The position numbers and the translations under genes were made by a program. The notes beneath the pieces were generated by a model. The model made no database searches and was not told where the DNA came from. It saw only the letters and a list, made by a program, of their open reading frames with translations. Shown in pieces: positions 38,591-50,368 of a stretch of DNA of 64,000 nucleotides (position 1 is the stretch's first letter; the number at the start of each line of letters is the position of its first letter). Origin of the DNA: Podarcis gaigeae (taxonomy: Eukaryota); assembly GCA_964106915.2 (NCBI GenBank), contig OZ066915.1; one strand, given 5' to 3'.

Positions 38591-38956
38591 AAAAGGTAAA
38601 GGTAAAGGTACCCCTGCCCGTACGGGCCAGTCGTGTCCGACTCTAGGGTTGTGCGCCCATCTCACTTAAGAGGCCGGGGGCCAGCGCTGTCCGGAGACAC
38701 TTCCGGGTCACGTGGCCAGCGTGACAAAGCTGCATCTGGCGAGCCAGAGCTGCACACGGAAACGCCATTTACTTTCCCGCTGGTAAGCAGTCCCTATTTA
38801 TCTACTTGCACCCGGAGGTGCTTTCGAACTGCTAGGTTGGCAGGCGCTGGGACCGAGCAGCGGGAGCGCACCCCGCCGCAGGGATTCGAACCGCCGACCT
38901 TTCGATCGGCAAGCCCTAGGCGCTGAGGCTTTAACCCACAGCGCCACCTGTGTCCC
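38591..38956 (-). mobile_element. Sauria SINE, full length, young subfamily
   Basis: 14-bp TSD CCGGTGGTGAGGTA at 38577-38590 and 38960-38973. Confidence 0.95.
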
Positions 38957-39057
38957 TTCCCGGTGGTGAGGTAGGGGACAATAAAACAGAGTTCTTAGCA
39001 TCAGTTGCAAAGTTACCTTAAATCTACATTGTGATGTATAAAAACATTCAGCAGGGC

Positions 39058-39060
39058 TGA

Positions 39061-39092
<32 letters not shown>
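39058..39092. repeat. (GAAA)n microsatellite
   Basis: Read directly from the sequence. Confidence 0.95.
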
Positions 39093-39117
39093 GAGAGCAG
39101 CAGCTTGTCTTGAAGAC

Positions 39118-39424
39118 AAGGATGGGCAAGAAATTTGATTCAGTTCAAGTACCTAGTTGCTCGCTAATTCAAACTTTCTGAAACAATATCCAAACCAAAA
39201 CACACCCATCTTTCAAAATTTGCATTTAGCCAAATCTTTCATTACAGCTCTCTTAGCCACTTACTGTATGCAAAAAATGAGCACAGAAAGGTATTATATT
39301 AGGGGAAGTTGTTTTGCAAAATGTGTGCATTTGGAGAAATTTGTGCTAAAATGCTGATGACTACTTACTTAAAGAGGAGAAAAATGAAAAAAGAGAGAAA
39401 CTAAAATTGACAGATCAATCCCTG
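39118..39424. mobile_element. Degenerate non-autonomous DNA transposon (hAT-like)
   Basis: Termini resemble AGGGATG...CATCCCT; AT-rich TGCA-repeat interior shared in reverse orientation with ~34230-34420. Confidence 0.4.
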
Positions 39425-40004
39425 CTTGATGGAGGCAGCTGCTGTCCAAGATGTTTAAAACAAAGAACCACAAGGAGCTCCAGATTTCTCCCCAGTACAC
39501 TTTAAAAACCAGCCAATGGTTTTGTTAAGAGACAAAAAGCAACAGCCTGGCTAGCCTTTGTTTGTCCCCACCCCACCGAGAGCGGGAGCTGTGAAACCCA
39601 GGACTTGCCTCCCCCCCCCCCCCGCCAAGGGCTACACCCAGGCCTTTAGTGTCATGGCATCTTCTTTGGACTGACTTCCTGTTACATATTCGGCAGGGGC
39701 CACCACCTTTTAAGCACCGACTGAAGATCTTTGCCAGCATGCATCTATACTGGAACTGTTTTCAGATGTGTTTTAATTGTTGTATCATTTGTATGTTTGC
39801 TGCTTCGGGAAGAAGGGAGGGATACCCATGACATAAATAACAAGTACAGATACAGCTGCCCAGGGGAGTTTTTGCAGACACTGCCCATCAGCAACTCCTG
39901 CAACACTGCCTGTGCTGCCAACAAGCAGCTGATTGCTGGCGCTTCCATAGCTTTGTGTGTGGCATCAGACCTGGCCCAGAGATGCAAGTTGCTGAGGCTG
40001 CTTT

Positions 40005-40987
40005 TTTTTTTATATAAATAATTTTTATTAATTTTCACAACCAACAAAAGACAAGAAAGAAAACAGCACACACAAAAAAAGAAAAGAAATAGACATATAC
40101 AAAACACAAAAATGTGTGACTTCCCCATACCTCCCTTACACTGCATCCTTGTTTTGCAATTTTTCAGCAACCCTTTAGTCCTTTTTTCTATTTGTATCTC
40201 TCTCAAATTTCTTCACATTATTATTTACAGCTGTAATTCTCTGTTTCTTACCCCCTGACATCTTAACAGTCCACAATCTTACAACAATTTTTAAGGTATA
40301 ATTTAAATTTTTTCCAGTCCTCCTCCACTGTCTCTTTCCTCTGGTCACGGATTCTGCCGGTCATCTCCGCCAGTCCCATAAATTCAGTCACCTTCATCTG
40401 CCATTCTTCCAGAGTGGGTAGTTCTTGCGTCTTCCAATACTTTGCCAGAAGAATTCTTGCCGCTGTAGTTGCATACATAAAAAATGTCCTATCCTTTTTT
40501 GGTACCAGTTGGCCAACCATACCCAGGAGAAAGGCCTCCGGCTTCTTTGAAAAGGTCCACTTAAGGACTTTCTTAAGTTCATTATAGATCATTTCCCAGT
40601 AGGCCTTAATCCTTGGGCAGGTCCACCAAAGGTGGTAAAAGGTTCCTTCAAACTCATTACATTTCCAGCATTTGTTATTGGGCAAATGATAGATCTTTGC
40701 AAGCTTGACTGGTGTCATGTACCACCTATAGATCATTTTCATTATATTCTCTTTTAAGGCACTACATGCCGTAAATTTTATACCAGTGGTCCATAACTGC
40801 TCCCAGTCAGCAAACATAATGTCATAACCGATATCCTGTGCCCATTTAATCATAGCTGATTTAACCGTTTCTTCCTGTGTATTCCATTTCAGCAGCAAGT
40901 TATACATTCTAGACAGATTCTTAGTATTGGGTTCTAACAATTCTGTTTCTAACTTCGACCTCTCCTTCTGGAATCCTGCTTTTCTGT
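40005..40987 (-). mobile_element. L1-clade LINE, 5'-truncated 3' end with open ORF2 C-terminus
   Basis: About 240 uninterrupted codons ending at 40263, with CCHC knuckle CWKCNEFEGTFYHLWWTC; AATAAA and poly(A); 13-bp TSD CTGAGGCTGCTTT at 39992-40004 and 40988-41000. Confidence 0.93.
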
Positions 40988-41669
40988 CTGAGGCTGCTTT
41001 GAACACAGAGCAACACAAAGAGAGACAATCTTTTGTTTGTGTAGTATTTTCTTTAGATTGTCTGTTGCTTCGGGGGTTTTTTGTACGCTGCTTATCGAGA
41101 TATTTTTTAACATAATAAGCGGCATAGACATTAAATAATCAATACACCAAGTAATTCCACCCAGGAAGAAACCTTTCTCCAGCACTTGAGTATTGAATAG
41201 AAAAGTGCCCTGGCTTTCCCATTTTTTTGTTCCTTTGGCTGAAAAAAAACACAAACCTCAGCATCACAAAACCAAGGTGAAGCCATTTTCACACAACAGG
41301 AGCCATCACTGAGCTACTAATTAAGCAGAGCTAATCCTGTGGTCAGGGGCTGCTCGGCAGAGCAAATACAAAAGAAATCAATTTGCAATTGAACTCTCAT
41401 CGCCTAAACGGCAGGGAGAGGAAAGCTTTTATTTTCCATCGCAAGTTCAAACTTCCCCTGCAATGTTTAGCGTGAACAGGACTGGGGGTCAGGAGGTTGC
41501 TGGAAAACAATAGAATGGTGAATCTCACATTCAGATAATGTGCCAGCTACACAATGGCTCGTATTATTCCTGCTAACTGTAGAGGCTTCTGAGCTGGATT
41601 TACGCATTGAAAAGAAATGACTGCAGTTCACCGGCGCTTGGTTTTTTCAAGCAAGGTATTGCTATGAGA

Positions 41670-42003
41670 AGGGCTTGCTGGTCGGTGGTTTGAATTCCCT
41701 CAACGGGGTGAGCTCCTGTTGTTCAGTCCCAGTTCCTGCCCACCTAGCAGTTCGAACGCACACCAAAAAAAGTGCAAGTAGATAAATAGGTACCGCTCTG
41801 GCGGGAAGGTAAACAGTGTTTCCGAATGCTGCTCTGGTTTTGGTGTTCCGTTGCGCCAGAAGCAGCTTAGTCATGCTGGCCACATGGCCCGGAAAAACTG
41901 TCTGTAGACAAATACCGGCTCCTTCGGCCTGTAAAGCAAGATGAGCACCACAACCCCAGAATCATCTGCGACTGGACTTAACTGTCAGGGTCCTTTACCT
42001 TTT
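41670..42003 (+). mobile_element. Sauria SINE, 5'-truncated
   Basis: Core plus 3' end GACTTAACTGTCAGGGTCCTTTACC. Confidence 0.9.
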
Positions 42004-42137
42004 TACACTGAATAGTGGCTTTCCAGAGTTTCACACAGGGATCTCTCCCGACCCAAACTGGAGATCCCAGGGATTGAACCTGGGACCTTTTGCTTGCAGT
42101 ACATGAGCTCTATCACCAAGCTATAGCAATTTCCCTG
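42004..42137 (-). mobile_element. Squam3-like tRNA SINE 5' part (interrupted by the Sauria SINE)
   Basis: A box TAGCTTGGTGATAGAGC and B box GGTTCAATCCC; body GAAACTCTGGAAAGCCACTATTCAGTGTA. Probable continuation at ~41635-41665. Confidence 0.7.
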
Positions 42138-42304
42138 GGGGTGGAGGGGGGAAGGTGTGGAAAAATTGCTGCGAGGGATTGCTCCATTTGGGGATGGCTG
42201 GTTGGTTGCAGTTTTCTGCTTGTAAAAGGTGTGCACTCCAGTTCTGATGAGTTTCCTAAGACTACATGAGCTCTCTGTCTAAGGGGTGGGGGGAGGATTA
42301 AGAA

Positions 42305-42412
42305 CTGAAAGAATCTCTGCCTGAAAAGTTGGGAGAGCTGGTGCCCTTCAGTGTAGACAATACAGGGCTAATGGTCTGACACAGTATAAGGCAGAGAGTC
42401 CTGTGTTCCTAT
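42305..42412 (+). mobile_element. Squam3-like SINE 3' part
   Basis: CAGTGTAGACAATACAGGGCTAATGGTCTGACACAGTATAAGGCAG..TGTTCCTA. Confidence 0.7.
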
Positions 42413-45400
42413 GGCAAGGCTTTCAAAGCAAAGGTTGACCAAATGAAGACCAAATCACAGCATATCACACATGTGGTGATTGAAAGGAAAGTAACTGGCA
42501 GGGAATAACAGCATATTCCAGCACCCAAACATTAAATAATAAGTGATTTCATCACAATTGCATTGGAAAATGTCATATGGAACCACCACTCCAACTCAGC
42601 CAGCCTTATAATGAAGCACTCTGTGCAGCAAATTCCTAAGAAATCACAATTTTCTTCCCCTAACTCATCATGTGGAATCATACCCAAGCTTTTTATTTTG
42701 TTTTTTTAAGTTAGTAACGAAGAGCTGTCATTTTGACTTTTTGCTTCAGGTATGAAAAACGCCTAAAGCCACCAAGCTAAACATTTCCATCTCAATAAAA
42801 ATGATCATCTGGAAAGACCTGGCATGGTGTGTCAGCTGCAGTGTCAGAACCGTGTGAGCCAGATGTGCAGGACTCATATGTCTTAGGCAAGCAGCCACCG
42901 GAGAGGAAGACGAATTAAGCCCCATGCTGAATCGTTTTCTGTGGAACATACAACATCTCAGCAAGTGCTGTGAGAACAGTTTAGGCCTAGAATCAAAGTG
43001 CCAGCCAGAATCAAACATTTCTCTCCGACCCTTTGCAGAAAAGTGACTATCCAAGGGAAAAAAGTGGGTAGAGGCTGGGAATGTAAGAAGGCTTCCTCCC
43101 CCCGCCCTCATTCCGTACTGCATTCATCGCGTGCAGCACTGTTTCCATTTCACTGCAGTTAGCCTTCTACCAAAAACCACACCATTTGTCTTGCAGTCCA
43201 CTATGGTAAAATTACCTAACTTACACAATTTGTTACTTAACCTACACAATTAATTGTGCAATGTACGGTATTACACCCCATTCATTTAAATGCAAAGGGA
43301 ACTCAATGCAAATCAGGGTGCATGTAATCAATGATGTATCATTTGTGGATGGAAAGCAGCAGCAGCAGCAGTGCCAGTCGTGTTTGCTGGATCGATTCAA
43401 GGGATGAATAAGTGAACATTGGCAATTTCTCCCCCATTCCCATCGAAATTCTCCAATGTCCCTAGTAAGGAGTCATTAAAAGATCTCTGAGCTGTTTAGG
43501 AAGATTACAGTAAGGCCTATCTGTGAAAGCTGCTTCAACAAGAGGGAACAAATACTACCGCTTTTCAGAGTTCATCTCTCCTCTTTTGTTACACGCATGT
43601 AGGTTATTGGTACATGGGAGTACACTAAAGTATTTGCACGTATTTAACGTAACTTTAAAAGTATCCCATGTTTATTGTCCCAAGGAAGCAACTAAGTCCA
43701 GCAGATATGTAAAGAACAACACAGAACCAGTCAAGAGACATGTCAAACCACAGTAACAATCTGCTACAAATGAGACCTACTGTAGATAAGGAAATAGACC
43801 CAGGACTTTCCTTTGCAAGTCATTATCCATTTCTACATTTAGGAGATGGAGATGACTTTTAGCAGTGGTAACATGTTTTTGAGCTTGAACCATAACAGGC
43901 ACAGACTCCATCAGACATGAGCAATTAAAACAAACATTTGCATGTACTGTTAGGACTCACTTGTGTACATCACAGGAGCACTAATAACTTTACCACAATC
44001 CTATTGAGAGGTTACTATTTGTAAAACCCAATCTCACAGGATGCAAGTGGACGGAGTCTGAACTCTTGCCAAGATTTCACTATTGAAAGTGATTACTTGG
44101 CTTAAGATAAAGAGTTAGTCCTATTAGGACACAGGTGGTGCAAGACAGGAAGTCAGAAGCTGTTGACACCATAAATTGCAAAGAGCCCCTCTCCTGTTTT
44201 GAATTGCAGGTCTTGGTTGCAACTACGTGCAAAAATGTTATGCCAACTCCTAAGTGTGCCTCACATCTTACACTGTGTTACACTGTGAACTAAATACACC
44301 AAAAGGGAGGGGGAGGATGCAAGGGACCCCAGGAATCGTCTGCTCGAGAACCTAAGGTTTCACATTACACAAGCCATGTCTGCCAAGTCTTATAAATCAC
44401 CTTGTAATCCACTTGTCTAAGTGCAATTCCGCAACTGCAGTAAACAACATTTGCTTTGTGCTAACCACTTATATGGACTTAGAAGCCTTTCTATAACCTC
44501 CAACTTGACACTGATGTCTAGCTACAAACAGGCAGTTGGTTCAAAGTGGAGATTCAGGTCAAACCATGGCTGTATGAACTGCTAGGAGGTGTTTTCATGG
44601 GTTGGTATTGGGCGATAAGGTTTTCCAACTTGTACCAAGTCCCATTTATTCATTTAGAAGATTCATATCCCATGCATCACTACACATTCTCAGAATGGCT
44701 TACAGATACCGTACACAAAACAATATAGATCAATATGCCCAGAGTAAAGCATTTCTGATAAAAATCAATATATGTGAACCTTAATCTGACCATTATATAA
44801 CCATTCTTACTGATCAAAGATTCAATGAAAGATAAACTTTGTAACCCCAAACTAGAGTCCATTCAGTGTTGGTGCCCATCTCAAGAGGGAGAACATTCCA
44901 TTCTACTAACAGAGCCTCCTTCCAACACATAGAGCATCTCTCCAATACTGTACTGTCTTTCTGCTAAATGAGTCTCAAACAATTCAGAACTCTGTCTATC
45001 ACAGCAGGCCTCCAACTGCTTGGTGCCTTTGTGGAATGATCGTAGCAGCGCCTTCATCACTGGGGAAAGCTTTCCCAGATAGCTTCTGGAAGATGCAAAG
45101 GTGCTGGAGAAGCAAGTTTTGTTCACCACCATCACTGCCACATGGTAGGCACAAAAGTGCACTCTCAACTATTCTAAATGCATTTGGTACAATACTTGCT
45201 ATTGTCTGGTCACCTGGAGTTCTCCCCAAAATCAAGAAGGCCTTCTTACATCCATGAGAACAGATGGGCCACAATGACCCTTTCCATTTCTCTGTTCCAC
45301 ATACAGACAAAGATTATGGAAGAGCACCAGTCATGCTAACTGGGAGATCCCCAAAAGCATTCAGAAATCCCACAGATTCCACGGCAGACACCCATCATAC

Positions 45401-45471
45401 CTTGAAGGGAGTCATTGCTACCAAAAGTCTAAATCCATAACAATGGGCTAATTGAACCACTACAACCAAAC

Positions 45472-46073
45472 TGTGCTTGCCCCATGGGCTAACTGAGAGG
45501 CAAGGTCCAAGTCCAGTCCGAGGTCGAAGGTGCAATAGGGAGGCAGTCCTTAGAAGTTGAAGCTGGGTGCAGGGAAGGGAGTCGGGTGAGGTCAGGAGCA
45601 GGAAAGCAGGACAGGGTTCAGGCAGGAACTAGTAACCAACAATGTTGCTCCCGCAACTTGGGACTGGGCCTGGCTGGCTTTTATCTGCCCCGAGGCATAG
45701 GGCGGCCCCAATCCTCAGGTGACTCGCCTCTCCTGGCCTGGAGGTGAGCACTCCTCCTGCGGAAACTTAGTTCCCTCTGCCTCTCTGCCCTGAGCCTCTG
45801 CAGCTCAGGAGAGGCTGGAGGGTTACTGGACCCAGAGGCAACCTCAGCTTCTTCTGATGGGGTTGAGAGTGGAGCACCTGCAGGCAATGGGTCCTCCATC
45901 ACCTCAGGAGCCAGAGCAGAGTCAACTGGTGCCTGCACCTGAGGATCCAGCACAGGTGAGGACCCTTCAGGCTCATGCCCCGGCCCTGGCTCAGCTGTTC
46001 TGGAGGTGGGGAATCCTGTGCAGGCTGGGATTCCTCAGGTTCAGCATCTGAATCCGAATCCCAGGCCATCACA
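45472..46073 (-). mobile_element. Solo LTR, 602 bp (Gypsy-like or other LTR class)
   Basis: TG...CA termini with imperfect inverted ends (TGTGATGGCC / TGTGCTTGCC); perfect 5-bp TSD CAAAC at 45467-45471 and 46074-46078; TATA-like GATAAAA on the minus strand near 45679-45685. Confidence 0.85.
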
Positions 46074-49000
46074 CAAACCATTTACCAGTCATCTGTTCAC
46101 CAAAGCCAGATCCATGATATATCTGCTGCTGCTGCCCTGCAATAGTGAGGACTAATTAATTTCCACTTTTCTGGGACTATCTAAGGGATATAATGAAGCA
46201 ACTCATGGATAATAGAATCTAAATTGAGACTGCCAGTGATAACCTAACTCAACTCCTTAGAGGCAACTAAGACTGTTCCAAACTAAGTCTTCACACTTAA
46301 TGATGCCCGGCCTGTGCAGCAGGGTGAGCACAAAAAGCATGTTTACCTTTTATACCCAGAAACTTAAAACTAGAAAATAATTTTAAAACACACTACTTAG
46401 AGCACAATTTGTATTTCGGAGCATAGCACATGTCAAACCTTTGAGAATCAATAGGAAGGTTTTGCTTGAATCTAGAACACTCACTTCACAAACACTTTCC
46501 CTCTGTACTGAAGCTCCATTGTTGCCCATTTTCAAATGAGATGCTGGACTGAGTCAGAGTCTATGAACACTGCAATGCAGCTTGAAAAGTTGCATTTTTC
46601 TGCTATACATCACTGATCATGATGCTTCTCTTAACAAGAAGATCATTTGTTCTGCCCTTGCTGTGTACTGGTACACAAAATTACACAATACAGATTGTTG
46701 TGTTTGTTAAAAATATATCACAATGCAAACTTGTGCTGTAAGAGATTCCTAGAAAACAGAACTGCTTTCATTAACTGTTCACAATTGTAAGTCTTCCAAT
46801 CCCTAGGTTTGGGTCATCCTAAGGAGCTAGTAAGAATTATTATTTTTTACAATAGCCATGTTACCTAACAGACAGACAGGCATATACACACAACATTAAT
46901 ACACTTGATGCTCTGCCCCCCAAAATAATTCAATTCTATTCACTAAAATTGTGATATCCCATTTTACAAAACATCAAGCCTGATGTCCATAGTTACCTCA
47001 AGAAAATATTATACAATGCCTATCTGTAATGTCTCAGATACCTCCATGATGCTATAGCACAGCACACCCTTGCAAAGCAAAATGTACTTTTAAAAACATT
47101 GCAATTACCCTTCCACAGTTATGGTGGATGATGCAATTATTTACATACTTTTAATCCAGGACTGGACTTCATTATAGGTGCTTTGATTAGGAGCACACAA
47201 ACTCATAAAGGCACGTCTTGCTAAAGTAACAACAATATGCCACATGCCTGGGGTGATGGGACAATTGCTGGGAACACCCTTCTGCGTTGAAGAAAGAGTC
47301 GCATAAGGGCATTCTGTCTATTGTGTAGGCAAGCACCCACGCCTATCATGAACAGAATGCAAAATGTGCCCACACACCCTTGACTCACATGCTTGGTGGC
47401 GATCTTCCTAGGTCTCTCAAACACATCTCTTCAATATCCCATTAAACATTAGAAGTGATGCTGAAGTGTACCACATAAAAGCACAGCATAGGAAGCCCAA
47501 CTTAACTATTAGCTTCTGTTCCCTATAAACAGAGCTGTTGCACCATCTTCATATTCACAGCTTGTTCCAGTTCCCAGATGATGCACAATAAATCCCCATT
47601 TTCTGCTGCTCTATAACCAATCCGGCTAGTCATTCAGCCAAATATATACACACTAGATGCTGGGGAAAGAATAATCAAGGAAAGATCAAATTAGCAATGC
47701 TGAGTAACTTCCGTACTTGTCATTTCAGCTCATACAGACTCGTTTATTAAGCAAGCTTCTGTCTGCTGTAAAGAAATACATACCCATAGCTCTATTGCAC
47801 AAGAGTGGCTCGTATCTGTGAGTTACAGGCCTAGTTACATTCCAAGTGAAAAGAATTGCAAAATCCCAAAGTGCCAATCAAAGTAAGGTATAATCCCATA
47901 CTACTATGATGCATATTTATAAGCACAAATAAAGAGTAGATCCTAATAAAATACCTGCAATTATAACTATACTGCCAGTTCAGACAGCACAATCCACAGC
48001 CCTGTACTCCCATAAAAGCAAAATGCTGGTTAGTGAACATAAAGGAAGTTCTGGCCTAGAAAACATGCTGACAGTAAATCAAGAGAATGCATTTCTTGGC
48101 AAACTAAACGTTCCATATCTATAAGATTTAAACCAACTCAAGAAACCAACATAACTGAACAGAACCTTAATTTATTCAGAAGAGGAAATCCTCTTTTTGC
48201 CTTCTTAAAAATCCCAGGACATAGTCTGAGATGTGAAATTTTAGGATTGATTGGTTTAGGACTGTAACTTCATCTCAGGCTTCTGTTAATGGTGTGGATA
48301 CTTACTGCTATAATTATTGACGTTTATGTGGCCGCTCATCAGTAAAATTCTCTAGACACCTCTGTAGCTTCAAGCACAATAAAAGAGGCCACCTTGCCCT
48401 TTGGTCACAGAATGCACCCACTCAAGCTTCCCAATAGGGAATACAACCACTGCAAACCTGTATTGCCAGTGCCCTCCCCAATCTTGTTTTCCACTGCTTT
48501 TCCCTCATCCATTTTAGTGAGCAGAACTCTAGCCAAAGGCAGATTTAGGGGAGCACAACCGGTTGTACTGGTCGTGGAATTTTGGGGGCGCTGCAGGTTG
48601 CTCCACAACTATTATGTAGTATGGAAGGTGAGAGGCAGTGAGGTGCTGAATTTTGGCATTGCACAGGGCACCACTGAAATTTGAGATCCCAAGGCCCACC
48701 ACTGCCCTAGCTGTAACACACAGGTACGCAGATGACAGAATCAGGAAACCATGGCTGCTGCTCTCGCACTGCATCAAGGCATTTAAAGGTACATGCCTAA
48801 TGTTCTGGTTGCAATGCATACATCAGTATCAGATGGTGAAATTGGGGGGGGGGGGTGTCACTGCTGATTACCTGGAGGGAGGGGGGCAGCAGCAAGCTGC
48901 AAATGCACCAGCAGGAGTGCTGGACTGGCTCTGTACCCGCCTTGCCCCTCCCTCTCTTCTTTTCAGCAAGCAGCAGCAGCACTGACCAGAGGTCAGATGA

Positions 49001-50002
49001 ATGCCACTGTCCAACAGGTACTCCACCATAGCTGTATGAAGACTTGTCTTCAAACATATGCAGTTCCCACAATGAAAATCAAGCATTAGCTGATGCTTGT
49101 ACATAGCTACTTCTCACCATCATGCAAACATGACTCTAGGAAGCCTCTATCCCGCTTAAACCGTTTCACACCTCAGGTCAAATCTTATTTTCCCTGTCCC
49201 CTCACCCATACACAACCAAACATTGGGAGTAAAAGGTTGGCCTGAAATAAACAGGATTATCTTCCAAGTTTATTTATGCATTGCATGAAGAGGTACCACA
49301 CAGAGAGTGGGACTGTGGGGCTACACCCCTGGCCCTGAGGTCACATGGTGATGCAGGTGCAGATATCTGCAAATGATCGCCTATGTGTTTTCCACGTGTT
49401 CTGGAAGTTCCCCAGTCGTGCAGGATTCCCAAACACATGGAAAGCTGACACATGCAGGCTTTTCTTTGCAGACAGCCACACCTAGCATGTGGGTGTGGGG
49501 GCAGCTTGTGGCCGAGGGTAAGTGAAGGGGAACATAAGTAGCAGCCAACATTTGCTGTATTTTTACACACACACAGCCCAAACCAGCAGTCAAAGTTAAT
49601 TTCTGAAGCTGCAAAACCAAGCCTACAGCTTAGGCCAAAAGTTGTACACAATTACTAGAAAACAGAAATGTTATTTCTCCCCAACCAAGAAAAATTAAAG
49701 GGTTCCATTTCCCACTGTAGTGGTCCAATCTCCATGCAAGTGCTAGTGGGCGCACCCCCACCCCCATCATGCTCGTTTAACACAGACATACAACATCAAA
49801 ATGCAGGAATCTATTTGCCCAACGTGGGACTTGAATGCACGACACTGAGATTAAGAGCCTTACCTGGAGAAGCCAGGGATTGAAACTGGAATCCCTGAGT
49901 CACTGAGCTATGATCCCCACCTCCTTCAAACACCCTGCCCTTATGCTTATCTCCTTACCTACAAGAAAGGTACACATTCTTTTCAGGGGTGCCTAATTTT
50001 CA

Positions 50003-50368
50003 GCGGGTGACGCTGTGGTGTAAACCACTGAGCCTTGGGCTTGCTGATCAGAAGGTTGGCGGTTCGAATCCCCGCAACGGGATGAGCTCCCGTTGCTCAG
50101 TCCCTGCTCCTGCCAACCTAGCAGTTTGAAAGCACGTCAAAGTGCAAGTAGATAAATAGGTACCACCCCGGCAGGAAGGTAAAATGGTGTTTCTGTGCGT
50201 TGCTCTGGTTTCGCCAGAAGCGGCTAAGTCATGTTGGCCACATGACCCGGAAGCTGTACTCAGCCAGCTGTACTCAGCCGGCTCCCTCAACCAATAAAGC
50301 AAGATGAGCGCCGCAACCCCAGAGTCATCCGTGACTGGACCTAAGGGTCAGGGGTCCCTTTACCTTTA
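50003..50368 (+). mobile_element. Sauria SINE, near full length
   Basis: Head to (ACCTTT) tail; internal 14-bp duplication AGCTGTACTCAGCC at 50252-50279. Confidence 0.93.

Noticed and set aside
41330-41470. Possible conserved non-coding enhancer-like stretch (similar impressions at ~18.7-18.96 kb and ~31.3-31.5 kb)
   Set aside because: Conservation cannot be judged without alignments.
44230-45440. Possible very old LINE RT remnant on the minus strand (LLRSFHKG, TYIDF)
   Set aside because: Motifs are too decayed and out of order to support by eye; needs BLASTX or HMM search.
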